NCBI GenBank assembly: GCA_050953045.1
Contig: JBMNLY010000001.1
Span: 74,947-138,946 of the forward strand
Source: Bacilli bacterium
GTDB lineage: Bacteria; Bacillota_I; Bacilli_A; ML615J-28; CAG-698
DNA length: 64,000 nucleotides
Reading direction: 5' to 3'
Shown: positions 45,479 through 55,745 of the stretch, piece after piece
How the letters are laid out: every line of letters begins with the position of its first letter
How positions within the stretch are numbered: position 1 is the first letter of the stretch
Program-made: the position numbers and the translations under genes
The notes under the pieces: generated by a model
Databases searched by the model: none
What the model saw: only the letters and a program-made list of their open reading frames with translations
Told to the model about the DNA's origin: nothing

Positions 45479-47557
45479 ATGAATTTAGATGATAGGACAT
45501 TAATTATTATTCTTGCATTGATTATCGGTACAACATTGATTTCATTAATCTATGCATTTTTTTTAAAAGGCCAATTAACAAAACTTAAAGTTGGAAATAG
45601 TAAAATTGAAGAAATTTCTTCCTATATAAGGGAAGGTACACTTGCTTTTATTAAAAAAGAATACAAGATTATTGCAATCTTCATAACAGGTATTTCTATA
45701 GTATTAGCCTTATTAGGTTTTATACCAGCACTTAAAAATGCTGAAGGAGTAGGGTGGAAAAGCGCACTTTGTTTCATACTTGGTGCATCTTTTTCTGGGT
45801 TAGCCGGTTATACAGGTATGTTAGCCGGAATTAAAGCAAATTCTTTAACAGCTTCTGCAGCAAATACAAGCGGAATGGGCAAAGCATTAAAGATGGCTTT
45901 TAGCGGTGGCTCTGTTGTTGGGCTAAGCGTTGTTGGATTTGGACTATTGGGTCTTACAGGATCAGTTCTCGTCCTTTATTTAACCCTAGGTGATCTTGCT
46001 GTAGTAGGTCAAGTTGTTATCGGTTACGGTTTAGGAGCGTCTTTAGTGGCGTTATTCGCTCGTGTTGGCGGTGGAATTTATACAAAAGCAGCTGATGTCG
46101 GAGCTGATTTAGTTGGTAAAATTGAAGCAGGCATTCCTGAAGATGATCCGAGAAATCCTGCTGTTATCGCCGATAATGTTGGTGATAATGTTGGCGACAT
46201 TGCTGGAATGGGTTCAGATTTATTAGAATCGTATGCAGGAGCCATTATCTCTGCTTTAACGCTCGGTATTGCATCAACTGTATATATGGGAAGCAACGCT
46301 GCATTATTTCCTCTTTTAATCGCTGCTTCAGGAATTATTGCTGCAATTGTTAGTATTTTTATCATCCGGTTGCGCGAATGGAAAGATCCTCAAAAAACAT
46401 TAAATATAGCTACTTATATTGCTAATTTTATTGTTTTAGTATTAGCCTTTGTATTTAGTCAATTAATCTTAAAATCATATAAACCATTCTTTACCATCCT
46501 CGTTGGTCTAGTAATAGGTATTTTTATCGGGTTTATTGCTGAGTATTACACTTCTGAAAAATTTAAACCTGTAAAAGAAGTTGCATCAGAATCTAATACA
46601 GGTCATGCAACAAATGTTATTGCTGGTTATGCAGTCGGTATGAAATCAACTGCAACCACAATCATTGTTTTAGTTTCAGGAGTAATAATTTCCTATTTGT
46701 TGGAAGGAATGTACGGAATCGGTTTGGCTGCAGTCGGAATGTTATCTACGGTAGGAATAACCGTTTCTGTCGATGCCTATGGACCAATATCAGACAATGC
46801 CGGTGGCATAGCTGAAATGTCTAAGTTGGATGAAGGTGTCAGAGAAATTACTGATAAACTGGATTCTGTTGGTAACACTACAGCCGCTATCGGTAAAGGT
46901 TTTTGCATCGGTGCAGCAACACTTACTTCACTTGCACTATTTATATCATATGCCCTTTCGACAGGTCTTTCAGCAATCAACATTCTCGAACCTTTAGTAA
47001 TTGTTGGCTTACTTATTGGAGCAATGCTACCTTTCTTATTTACTTCCCTGGTTATAAATTCAGTAGGTAAGGCTGCTAATAAAATGATTGATGAGGTACG
47101 TAGACAATTTAAAGAAGATCCTGGTATTATGGAAGGCACATCCAAGCCAGATTATGCAAAATGTGTTGAGATTTCTACAAGCGCCGCATTAAAAGAAATG
47201 ATTGTTCCGGCATTAATTTCAGTATTAACTCCTATTATTATTGGTTTTGTCTTCGGAACAAAAGCTTTAGGCGGATTATTAGTTGGCGCACTTGCCAGTG
47301 CTTCCATGTTAGCTATATTTATGGCCAATTCTGGTGGAGCATGGGATAATGCGAAAAAACTAATTGAATCCGGTAAATTTGGCGGAAAAGGAAGCGAGGC
47401 ACATAAAGCTGCAGTTACCGGCGATACCGTAGGTGATCCATTTAAAGATACTGCTGGGCCTTCTATGGATATTTTAATTAAACTTATGTCAATGGTTGCC
47501 TTAATTATCGGTCCTGCAATTATGCATATCGGATCTTTATTAGAAAAGTTTTTCTAA
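45479..47557 (+). CDS. hppA: Membrane-bound ion-translocating (H+/Na+) pyrophosphatase
   Basis: GDNVGDNVGDIAGMGSDL signature and about 16 TM helices. ATG 9 nt after GGAG. Confidence 0.9.
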   Translation: MNLDDRTLIIILALIIGTTLISLIYAFFLKGQLTKLKVGNSKIEEISSYIREGTLAFIKKEYKIIAIFITGISIVLALLGFIPALKNAEGVGWKSALCFILGASFSGLAGYTGMLAGIKANSLTASAANTSGMGKALKMAFSGGSVVGLSVVGFGLLGLTGSVLVLYLTLGDLAVVGQVVIGYGLGASLVALFARVGGGIYTKAADVGADLVGKIEAGIPEDDPRNPAVIADNVGDNVGDIAGMGSDLLESYAGAIISALTLGIASTVYMGSNAALFPLLIAASGIIAAIVSIFIIRLREWKDPQKTLNIATYIANFIVLVLAFVFSQLILKSYKPFFTILVGLVIGIFIGFIAEYYTSEKFKPVKEVASESNTGHATNVIAGYAVGMKSTATTIIVLVSGVIISYLLEGMYGIGLAAVGMLSTVGITVSVDAYGPISDNAGGIAEMSKLDEGVREITDKLDSVGNTTAAIGKGFCIGAATLTSLALFISYALSTGLSAINILEPLVIVGLLIGAMLPFLFTSLVINSVGKAANKMIDEVRRQFKEDPGIMEGTSKPDYAKCVEISTSAALKEMIVPALISVLTPIIIGFVFGTKALGGLLVGALASASMLAIFMANSGGAWDNAKKLIESGKFGGKGSEAHKAAVTGDTVGDPFKDTAGPSMDILIKLMSMVALIIGPAIMHIGSLLEKFF

Positions 47558-47659
47558 TAGTAAATTTAAGGTTTGTTTACATATAAAATGAATCTAAACA
47601 AAAAAGTCGCCTTTTTGAACTGATACATGTCAAGTAGACAGTAATAAAAATAAAAATAT

Positions 47660-48478
47660 TTAAGCTATTAATGCTTGTTTTCGATATTCTATCGGAGGCA
47701 AGCATTTTAATTTACCTTGTAATCGCTTATGATTATAAAAGTTTATATAATTAATAATCGCTTGTTTTAAGTCTTCTAAACTGTAAAACTTATTTAAATA
47801 ATACATTTCTGATTTGATTATTCCCCAGAATGCTTCCATTGGGCCATTATCAATACACTTACCAACCCTGCTCATGCTTTGAATAATTCCTTGTTTTTTA
47901 ATCTTTGTTTTGAAACCGATTGATGTATATTGATAACCTCTATCACTATGAAATATTGGTTTTGCATTAGGATGCTTCTTAATTGCAAGATCAAATGTAT
48001 CAAAGACAAGCTTGTTATCGTTTCTTGTGCTCATCTTGTACGCAATGATACTATTGTCATATAAATCAAATATTGCACACAAAAATAGTTTTTGTTTTTG
48101 ACCAATGATCTTGAATTCAGTCACATCTGATAACCATTTTTCATTAGGCTTAGCAGCACTGAAATCCCTAGCTAATATATTTTCAGCTGTATATTCAGGT
48201 TTAGATTTTCTGTATCCTGGTCTACATCTGCGAATCTTTGCTTTTACTCCTAAGATCTTCATGAGCCTATGAATATAGCCAACGCTATAGTCTGTTCGGT
48301 TAAAGTGATTAATGAACATCGTCATTCTACGGTAGCCTAGAATATGCTGGAAGGTCTTATCATATTCTAAAATTAGATTACAGATTTCTTCATCTTGAGT
48401 CTCTTTTTTCGGCTTAGATCTATTTTTCCACTTGTAGTAAGAACTACGTGGAATCTCTAGAATATCGCATAAAACCAT
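47660..48478 (-). CDS. IS3-family transposase OrfB (rve integrase core); expressed as an OrfAB fusion
   Basis: DDE core with HSDRGYQYTS and the LEDLKQAINYINFYNHKRLQ C-terminus typical of IS3 OrfB. Confidence 0.8.
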   Translation of the reverse strand: MVLCDILEIPRSSYYKWKNRSKPKKETQDEEICNLILEYDKTFQHILGYRRMTMFINHFNRTDYSVGYIHRLMKILGVKAKIRRCRPGYRKSKPEYTAENILARDFSAAKPNEKWLSDVTEFKIIGQKQKLFLCAIFDLYDNSIIAYKMSTRNDNKLVFDTFDLAIKKHPNAKPIFHSDRGYQYTSIGFKTKIKKQGIIQSMSRVGKCIDNGPMEAFWGIIKSEMYYLNKFYSLEDLKQAIINYINFYNHKRLQGKLKCLPPIEYRKQALIA

Positions 48479-48513
48479 AATCGGATGGCCTAAATCTTTG
48501 AAATAATCAATTG

Positions 48514-49239
48514 TTAGGTACGCCTCTTCCTGCCTAACCTTTGTAATTCTGCTTGTCTTTCTAATTGTTCTTTTTTTTTAAGAACTTGATTCTCAAGCTG
48601 TGCATAATCCAGTTGACGTCTTAAGAGTTCGTTCTCTCTAAGCAATCTATCTTTTTCTGAGAGGTCATCTGGAATAAAGTCTTTTGGCCTCGGTCCTTTC
48701 TTTTGGTGCTTTAGACTATCTTCACCATACTTTAAGTATTTGTTTGTCCAGTTGTAGATTAAGCTATATGGCAATAAATATTTCTCTGCAGCTAGCTTAT
48801 AGTTTCTATTGTTATCTAATACGAATTTAACTATTTCTAATCTTTCTTCAAATGTGGTACGGCGTGCTTTCATAGTGTATACCTCTCCCTTAGGATTATA
48901 ATCCTTAATTTCCTTACCACTATTATACAATTTTATCCATTGAGTTACTATACCATCACATGAAATATTATATTTTAAAGCAAGTGATTCATGAGAGCCT
49001 TCACCACTTAAATACTCTTTTACTACTTGAAGTTTTAATTCTTTTGAATACGATTTGTTTCTTGGTTTATTATCGAATATACTTTGACCATGTACTCTAT
49101 ATGAATTAACCCACCTATATACAGTTTTTTTATACACTTGTAAATCATCACTTATTTGTGATACGCTCCTAACACCCGATATATAATCCAAGCAAGCCTT
49201 AATTTTAATTTCTTTACTAAATTTGCTTTTTCGTCCCAT
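48514..49239 (-). CDS. IS3-family transposase OrfA (HTH and leucine-zipper region)
   Basis: 241 aa with an N-terminal HTH and a C-terminal coiled-coil (LRRQLDYAQLENQVLKKKEQLERQAELQRLG). Confidence 0.75.
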   Translation of the reverse strand: MGRKSKFSKEIKIKACLDYISGVRSVSQISDDLQVYKKTVYRWVNSYRVHGQSIFDNKPRNKSYSKELKLQVVKEYLSGEGSHESLALKYNISCDGIVTQWIKLYNSGKEIKDYNPKGEVYTMKARRTTFEERLEIVKFVLDNNRNYKLAAEKYLLPYSLIYNWTNKYLKYGEDSLKHQKKGPRPKDFIPDDLSEKDRLLRENELLRRQLDYAQLENQVLKKKEQLERQAELQRLGRKRRT

Positions 49240-49389
49240 ATTAAAAATACTCCTAAAATAGATAATGAATTACTTTATTTTAATTCACTGTCTACTTTAA
49301 GAGTATCATAACATTCAGGTGACTTTTTTTGAGTTGTTATACAAAATAAAAAAGGTTTAATTATACGTATCAAACCTGTTATTTTCTAA

Positions 49390-49464
49390 TGGAGCAGGTA
49401 ACGGGAATCGAACCCGCATCTTAGCCATGGCAAGGCCACATAATAGCCGTTATACTATACCTGC
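49390..49464 (-). tRNA. tRNA-Gly (anticodon GCC)
   Basis: Reverse complement folds as GCAGGTA…TACCTGC-T-CCA with anticodon loop TTGCCAT and T loop TTCGATT. Confidence 0.7.
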
Positions 49465-49625
49465 ATACATTAAATATTATATCAAATTCAAATTTAAAAT
49501 ACAAGTCTTTTTTTAATTTTTTTTGTTTAAATATTATTATTTTATAAGAGAATTTTAAACTTTTGTTTACTATTATCATATGATATGGTAGAATTTAATT
49601 GAAAAAATCTTTTGAGGTAAAAAGT

Positions 49626-50675
49626 ATGAAAAAATTATTACCGATTATTATCGTGTTGCTGTTTTTTCAAACTATTGTGATTGTTAATGCCACTCCGCCT
49701 TTAAAAAGTGTTAACCATCTATATAATTTCGACTTAATGCCGGTTGATGACAGCGAGATTGAGATTAAAAAAGCAATGTTAACCTTTGATTTAAGAAAGA
49801 TGAGCGACTCTTTCTCTCCTGAAGCTGAATTAAAAGCACAGTATACGATAATAAATAAAGGCGAAACGAGGAGCGTAAAACTTGCTTTGCCATTTTTGGC
49901 TGACTACGATGAAGCGTCAGACTTTTTTCTCCAAAATCTCAATATAAACAATAATTACCTTGAGCCTATGCTTTATGTGGGAGATTGGTGTGAAGATTAT
50001 ATTAGTCATGGTGAGAATGAAGTAGAAATAGATTTTAAAAATGAATTTTCTGAAGCAACAAATAGGAATTATTCTGTGCCTGAACTTTCCGGTTGGCTTT
50101 ATAAATTTAAGATTCCACCCGGAAATAGTGAAGTGTATCTGAAAGCAGAATTTGAACCAGGAATGAAATTTGTACTGGAAAATAATCAATTTTCGCCGTT
50201 TTCAAATTATCTTCATACTACTTTTTATCCACCCTTTGATAAAGAAGATTCTTATATTTATGTTTTGGGAGATCCAAATAATCTCCATTTTACAACCGAA
50301 GATGATATTACTATCATTAAAGAAGAGATGAATTTTATTGATTTTTTTGAAGAATATTTAGAAGAACCTGATCATTACTTAAAAGACTTAATCATCAAAC
50401 ATAATATAAAGAAATTCTTGGCATCTGATGAATCAGCAATCAACCAATGGGATATAAAATATTATGGTTATAAGCGCCTTTGGTTTCAGGTTTTAGAACC
50501 CGAACTACTTGGAGATAATATAGAAAATATTTTGAAGTTTTCCTACAAAGTTACCGGTTTTATAAATGAGAGGTATTCACCTTCGATTTATGAGTTTAGA
50601 TATTATCTTTCCTCAACTCGTTATTGGAATGATTACTCAAATTTAACAGTTAGGGTTTATCCCATGACAAGATAA
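49626..50675 (+). CDS. Hypothetical secreted protein (signal peptide); the C-terminal membrane anchor appears to be in another frame
   Basis: MKKLLPIIIVLLFFQTIVIVNA signal peptide and a roughly 330-aa acidic body. The ORF track starts earlier at 49599. Confidence 0.5.
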   Translation: MKKLLPIIIVLLFFQTIVIVNATPPLKSVNHLYNFDLMPVDDSEIEIKKAMLTFDLRKMSDSFSPEAELKAQYTIINKGETRSVKLALPFLADYDEASDFFLQNLNINNNYLEPMLYVGDWCEDYISHGENEVEIDFKNEFSEATNRNYSVPELSGWLYKFKIPPGNSEVYLKAEFEPGMKFVLENNQFSPFSNYLHTTFYPPFDKEDSYIYVLGDPNNLHFTTEDDITIIKEEMNFIDFFEEYLEEPDHYLKDLIIKHNIKKFLASDESAINQWDIKYYGYKRLWFQVLEPELLGDNIENILKFSYKVTGFINERYSPSIYEFRYYLSSTRYWNDYSNLTVRVYPMTR

Positions 50676-50758
50676 AATACAATATTAATGACTTCTATGA
50701 TTTTACCTGGAAAGATGAAGGTCATTATGAAACTCATGTTACATCCTATCCAGAAGAG

Positions 50759-50941
50759 ATGTTACTGCTTCGCTTTTCTGAGAAGGCCAAACCGAGAGAA
50801 AGTTTAAATCCCTTTTATGTTTTATTTATAATTCTCATTATTGTTCTTTTAATTCCATTTGTAATTGTCATAGTTGTCGGAGTTGGTCTTTTTATACATG
50901 AAAGAAAAAAAGAAAAAAGATATAAAAGCAATTTGCAATAA
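50759..50941 (+). CDS. Small TM segment plus basic tail, probably the detached C-terminal anchor of the upstream gene
   Basis: FYVLFIILIIVLLIPFVIVIVVGVGLFI followed by HERKKEKRYK. The frame is open from 50654 and overlaps the upstream stop at 50673-50675. Confidence 0.3.
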   Translation: MLLLRFSEKAKPRESLNPFYVLFIILIIVLLIPFVIVIVVGVGLFIHERKKEKRYKSNLQ

Positions 50942-50967
50942 AAAAAGGAGTTACCTCCTTTTTTTAC
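50941..50967. terminator. Bidirectional terminator between convergent genes
   Basis: AAAAAAGGAG-TTAC-CTCCTTTTTTT. Confidence 0.55.
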
Positions 50968-52328
50968 GTAATTTTATTATAAATTAGTATCGTCGTCAAT
51001 GCAAAATAGATCAAGACAGCAAAGATATCAAGCACGGTTGTGAGAAAAGGACCGGAAATTGCTGCTGGGTCTAAATTAATTTTATAAAGAAGGACCGGCG
51101 TTAAGGATCCAAAAAGATTGGAAACACCGAGACCAATAACGACAGACAGGCCCACGACTAATCCGATATCTAGATATAATTCTTTTTCGCCGGTAAAGTA
51201 TAGGTAACCGGATGTAAAAAGGAAGACCAGAAAGCCGACAAGGAGACTGCTTAAGATGCCAATAGTAAACTCTCTAAATACATGTTTTATAATCATAGAT
51301 CTTTTTTCAAGCTGTCCGTTAGCGATTTTTTGTATCGTAACTCCTAAGGACTGGGTTCCGGTATTTCCTGCTAGCGCTAATATTATCGGTTGAAAGATTG
51401 TTATCACTGCTAAAGCAGGGATTGTAAAAAGGTAATCGTAAGCAGATATGACAATCGCAACAAAAATATCAAGTACAAGCAACAAAGCAAGAATCGGAAA
51501 TCTTTTGCGGATTGATTTATGGATTGATTCATCGATTTTTTCTGTATCGGTAAGTCCTGCCAGTTTCGCATAATCCTCTTCAGATTCTTCCGAAATTGTT
51601 GCGAGAGCATCATCCATTGTAATGATGCCTTTTAAGATGCCATTTTCTAAAACTGGCATATCATATATATCGTAGTCGCTGATTTTCTTAATTACCGCTT
51701 CAATCTCATCATTGACATCAGCGGCAGTGAAATTCTTATTCATGATCTCATCGACTAAAACGGGACTTCTTGCAATAATGACCTTTTTTAAATCCAAGGT
51801 TCCAAGGAGTCTACCTTCTTTATCGACAACAAAAGAAGTATTGATTGTTTCAACTTCCGGCGCCTCTTTTACAAGCACTCGCATCAAATCCTTTACATCT
51901 TTTCCGGTTTCGATGCTGATATAATTTGTATTCATGATTGAACCTGCGGTGCCTTCCTCATATTGATATAAAGTAGCCAAATCTTGTTTGACTTCTTCAT
52001 CAAGTAAGCTAACAATGTTTGTTACTTGTTCGCTATCCAGATTCGCAAGTAAATCTACCGCATCATCCGGTTCCATTTCATTGATAATCGCAGCGATTTT
52101 TGAGGAATCACCGGCAGTTAAAATTGTCTCGGCATCATCTTCGTCGAGATAAGAAAATATCTCGGCGAGTTCTTCATCATTTAATATGCTTAAGATATGT
52201 TCTCTTTGTTCGTTTTTAAGCTTTGGAAATACTGAAGCAAGATCATAAGGATGAAATTGCGCAAGCACTGAACGAAGTTCATTAGGTTCTGTTGAAGCAA
52301 TAATCGTGATGATTTCTTTTTCGGTCAT
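50964..52328 (-). CDS. mgtE: Magnesium transporter MgtE (copy 1)
   Basis: MgtE N-domain, tandem CBS domains and a 5-TM C-terminal channel domain. Confidence 0.85.
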   Translation of the reverse strand: MTEKEIITIIASTEPNELRSVLAQFHPYDLASVFPKLKNEQREHILSILNDEELAEIFSYLDEDDAETILTAGDSSKIAAIINEMEPDDAVDLLANLDSEQVTNIVSLLDEEVKQDLATLYQYEEGTAGSIMNTNYISIETGKDVKDLMRVLVKEAPEVETINTSFVVDKEGRLLGTLDLKKVIIARSPVLVDEIMNKNFTAADVNDEIEAVIKKISDYDIYDMPVLENGILKGIITMDDALATISEESEEDYAKLAGLTDTEKIDESIHKSIRKRFPILALLLVLDIFVAIVISAYDYLFTIPALAVITIFQPIILALAGNTGTQSLGVTIQKIANGQLEKRSMIIKHVFREFTIGILSSLLVGFLVFLFTSGYLYFTGEKELYLDIGLVVGLSVVIGLGVSNLFGSLTPVLLYKINLDPAAISGPFLTTVLDIFAVLIYFALTTILIYNKIT

Positions 52329-52340
52329 TTGCGCACCTCC

Positions 52341-53702
52341 TTAGAATATATTGATCAATAATGAAGCCAGTCCATAGTAAATGAGGACGGCGAGTATATC
52401 ATTGATGGTTGTAATTAAAGGTCCGGATGCGACTGCAGGATCAAGTCCGATTTTTTCAAAGAAAATCGGAATGATTACACCGATAATAGCCGAAGCATTG
52501 ATTGTGAAAAACATTGCAATCGCTAAAAATAAGCCAATTTCCCAAACATTACCATTGTAAGATCTGATTAAAAGGAAGATACTTACAACGAGAAAGGTTA
52601 ATATTGCAATCAGAAAACTATTTATTAATGCGATTCTGATTTCCCGGAAGATATTGGCTCTTAATTCCCGTTTGTCGTCAAGTTCACCATGTGTTAAACC
52701 CATAAGCGTAACAGCAAGTGATTGGGTACCGACATTACCGACCATATCAAGGATTAACGATTGAAAGAAAATCAATATCGTAACTTCTTTGATGATACCT
52801 TCAAAACCACCGATGATGCTTGCGGTAATAAAACTTAATACAAGCAATCCGAGCAGCCACGGCAGTCTTTTTCTTAAAGAGGAGAAGATGCTTCTTTCTT
52901 TTTCAGTATCGTTTCCGACACCGGCTAAGCTGCCGTAATTATAGCTTGCTTCCTCATTGATAACGTCCATTGCATCGTCGATGGTAATGATGCCGACGAG
53001 ATTTCCGTAATCAAGAACGGGTAACGAGGATAAACCATAGTCCCTAATTTTTCCTGCTGCATCCTCTATATCTTCATCCTTTTCCGCAAACACATAATTA
53101 GTCTTCATTATTTCCTTGACCTGAAGCGGGCTTCTTGCAATGATTAGGGTTTTTAAGTCAAGAATTCCGACTAATCTTCCTGCATCGGTAATATAAATTG
53201 GGTCAATTACCTCTGCATCGCTTGCTTCACGGACGAGAATTTTCATCGCTTCTTTTACATCGCAATCTTGATTGACTTCGATATAATTTGTGGTCATAAT
53301 CGAACCGACCGAAGATTCTTGCTGGCGAGCAAGGTAACTGATATCGGCGCGAATTTCGCTGTCAATCAGGTTTAAATAATCAGCCGCTTTCTCTGCTTCC
53401 ATTTCCTGAAGCAAGTCAACGGCATCATCAACATCCATTTCTTCAAGAATCGCAGCACCTTTGCTTTCTTCTAGCTCATGAAAAAGTTCCGCTGAATCTT
53501 CGCCTTCAAGATAGGAAAAGATATCCGCAAGCTCTTTATTGGTTAAGCTTGCATAAATTTTAAAGCGCGAGTCCGGTTCAAGTTTCTTGATAATGCTGGC
53601 AAGATCATAAGGATGGAATTCCAGCAATTTATTTCTAATTTTCTTTAGATCGCTTTCATTCTTAATCAAAGCAATCAAACCGGGTATAAGCTTCTTTTTC
53701 AT
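52341..53702 (-). CDS. mgtE: Magnesium transporter MgtE (copy 2)
   Basis: Same architecture as the adjacent copy, roughly 35-40% identical by eye. Confidence 0.85.
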   Translation of the reverse strand: MKKKLIPGLIALIKNESDLKKIRNKLLEFHPYDLASIIKKLEPDSRFKIYASLTNKELADIFSYLEGEDSAELFHELEESKGAAILEEMDVDDAVDLLQEMEAEKAADYLNLIDSEIRADISYLARQQESSVGSIMTTNYIEVNQDCDVKEAMKILVREASDAEVIDPIYITDAGRLVGILDLKTLIIARSPLQVKEIMKTNYVFAEKDEDIEDAAGKIRDYGLSSLPVLDYGNLVGIITIDDAMDVINEEASYNYGSLAGVGNDTEKERSIFSSLRKRLPWLLGLLVLSFITASIIGGFEGIIKEVTILIFFQSLILDMVGNVGTQSLAVTLMGLTHGELDDKRELRANIFREIRIALINSFLIAILTFLVVSIFLLIRSYNGNVWEIGLFLAIAMFFTINASAIIGVIIPIFFEKIGLDPAVASGPLITTINDILAVLIYYGLASLLINIF

Positions 53703-53834
53703 GATTTCACCACCTTATCTATACTGGATGCTAAAAACTTATGTATATTATTATACTATATTTCCATTTCCTTGTAAATGAATAAAAGTTTTACTTAAAA
53801 GGCAAATTTATGATAAAATTAAGCAGGACGTGAT

Positions 53835-55055
53835 ATGATGAAATTACCAAAAACAGTAAAACTAGCCCTGCAACTTTTAGAGGAAGCGGGTTATGAGGCC
53901 GTCGTCGTCGGCGGTGCGGTCCGGGATCATCTCCTGGGATTAACTCCTCATGATTATGATATCTCCACCAATGCCCGTCCAGAAGAAATTAAAGCAGTGT
54001 TTAATAAATTTCATACACTTGATATCGGCATTAAACACGGTACGGTTACTGTCTTTATCAACCGCAAGCAAATCGAAATTACCACTTATCGGAGCGAGAG
54101 CGATTATCGAGATTATCGTCATCCGGAAAAAGTCGTGTTTGAACCCAATTTGGAAGCGGATTTACAAAGACGTGATTTTACCGTGAATGCGATTTGTTAT
54201 AACCGTAAGTTTATCGATCTTGTCGGTGGAACTGAAGATTTGGAAAAGAAATTGATTCGCGCCATCGGCTCTCCGCAAGAAAGATTTAGTGAGGATCCGC
54301 TAAGAATCCTCCGGGCCCTACGTTTTGCTGCGACTTTGGATTTTCAAATCGAACCTCAGACCAAAAAGGCTTTATTTACGGAAAAGGAACTATTAAAGAA
54401 AGTCTCTTTTGAAAGAATTAATTTAGAATTATCCAAACTCTTAGAAGGGAAAGCTGCAGTAGCTATTCTTAGGGATTATCTATCGATTTTCCGAACTTTT
54501 CTTCCTGAACTTCCGGAAAAAGTTGACTTTAATCTCAGTGTGTTTGAAGGTGTTTCTACTTTAACGGAACGTCTCGCTGCTCTCTTGTTAGGACTTGACT
54601 TAAAGGGAAGCGAAGCAGTATTACGAAGACTAAAGTATTCTAAAAATCAAATTAACCAAATTCTCTTTTTACTCAAAAATATAGATATTAAAATAGTACC
54701 AGATGAAATAGAAATCGGAAAACAAATTAAAGATAATGAGTTAAAAGATTTAATACGTCTTGTAAATTTTCAAATAGCCATTAGAAAAGCAGAAAAGAAA
54801 GAGCTCAATGCTTTAGAACAAGCTTTAATGATCATGGAAAAAATGGATCCGAATAAATGTTATCGTTTGAAGGATTTAGCTGTTTCCGGACGCGATTTGT
54901 TAGCAATGGGTTATGAAGAAGGAATCGGAATTCGGCTTTTGCTTGAGCGGTTGCTAGATTTGGTAATTGAAGGTGTATTAAAAAATGAAAAAGAGGAATT
55001 ATTGGAGTATTTGCGGAAAAATCATCCGCAACAGAGAAAACCGCTTGCGAAGTAA
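53835..55055 (+). CDS. cca: CCA-adding tRNA nucleotidyltransferase
   Basis: Pol-beta head domain GGAVRDHLLGLTPHDYDIST and RxxRF-type ERF motif. Confidence 0.85.
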   Translation: MMKLPKTVKLALQLLEEAGYEAVVVGGAVRDHLLGLTPHDYDISTNARPEEIKAVFNKFHTLDIGIKHGTVTVFINRKQIEITTYRSESDYRDYRHPEKVVFEPNLEADLQRRDFTVNAICYNRKFIDLVGGTEDLEKKLIRAIGSPQERFSEDPLRILRALRFAATLDFQIEPQTKKALFTEKELLKKVSFERINLELSKLLEGKAAVAILRDYLSIFRTFLPELPEKVDFNLSVFEGVSTLTERLAALLLGLDLKGSEAVLRRLKYSKNQINQILFLLKNIDIKIVPDEIEIGKQIKDNELKDLIRLVNFQIAIRKAEKKELNALEQALMIMEKMDPNKCYRLKDLAVSGRDLLAMGYEEGIGIRLLLERLLDLVIEGVLKNEKEELLEYLRKNHPQQRKPLAK

Positions 55056-55091
55056 ACCGTTTTATTATAAAATCTAATAAGGTGATAAATT

Positions 55092-55739
55092 GTGAATAGG
55101 TTAAAGAAGCATAAAATTAAAAAAACAATCTACGGACTAATCGGTTTGGTAATTATACCGATTTATAGTTATATTTTCTCGCTGAACGGTCCGAACGGTG
55201 ATTTAATCCTTGTAACCTTTTCTCAAATCGGAGCCCGTTACGGAGCAATTGAGAATCTGATCATTTGGGGAATTCTTTCTTCGTTTTATTATTTTTCCTT
55301 GATCGAATATCTCATGTATTTAAGCGACACAGAGATTCCCGTTTTAAGAGTGACGCTTGCGTTTTCCTGTTTATCTTTACTTATCACCGTCTTTTTACCC
55401 TTTGCTCCGGCGATGTTTCCCTTTGCTTCCGAAACGCATAATATATTAGCCTATATCACCGGTGTTTCGATTGTATTGACTTTACTGCTTTATAATTTTT
55501 CTTTTTGGAACCGTGATCGCAATCTATTTTATAAATCGTTTTTCCTGCTGATTGCTGTCCTCTTAGTATTAATTATTGTATTAATTGCTGCAGGAGTCAG
55601 TTCATTATTTCAAATTGTTTTATCAAGCGCACTGTGTTTGTATATGTTTTTAGAACTTGTGCTTTTGGAGAAAAGTGATAAAATAGACATTTTCAGCAAA
55701 CTCCGAGAAGAGAAAGAAGAAGTAGACGATTGGTTTTAG
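55092..55739 (+). CDS. Hypothetical polytopic membrane protein
   Basis: GTG start. 215 aa with roughly 6 TM segments. Confidence 0.45.
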   Translation: MNRLKKHKIKKTIYGLIGLVIIPIYSYIFSLNGPNGDLILVTFSQIGARYGAIENLIIWGILSSFYYFSLIEYLMYLSDTEIPVLRVTLAFSCLSLLITVFLPFAPAMFPFASETHNILAYITGVSIVLTLLLYNFSFWNRDRNLFYKSFFLLIAVLLVLIIVLIAAGVSSLFQIVLSSALCLYMFLELVLLEKSDKIDIFSKLREEKEEVDDWF

Positions 55740-55745
55740 TAAGAG

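Larger units (their letters stand above)
47621..49308 (-). mobile_element. IS3-family insertion sequence (orfA plus orfB with a programmed -1 frameshift)
   Basis: Imperfect terminal inverted repeats TGATACATGTCAAGTAGACAGTAATAAAAATAAA / TGATACTCTTAAAGTAGACAGTGAATTAAAATAAA. A10 slippery run on the coding strand (around 48572-48581) near the orfA/orfB junction. Confidence 0.7.

Noticed and set aside
47601-47620. Hairpin CAAAAAG-TCGC-CTTTTTG after hppA as a terminator
   Set aside because: The stem is all A/T with a four-nucleotide loop and is immediately followed by the IS3 end. It is too weak to call, and the IS insertion may have removed the native terminator.
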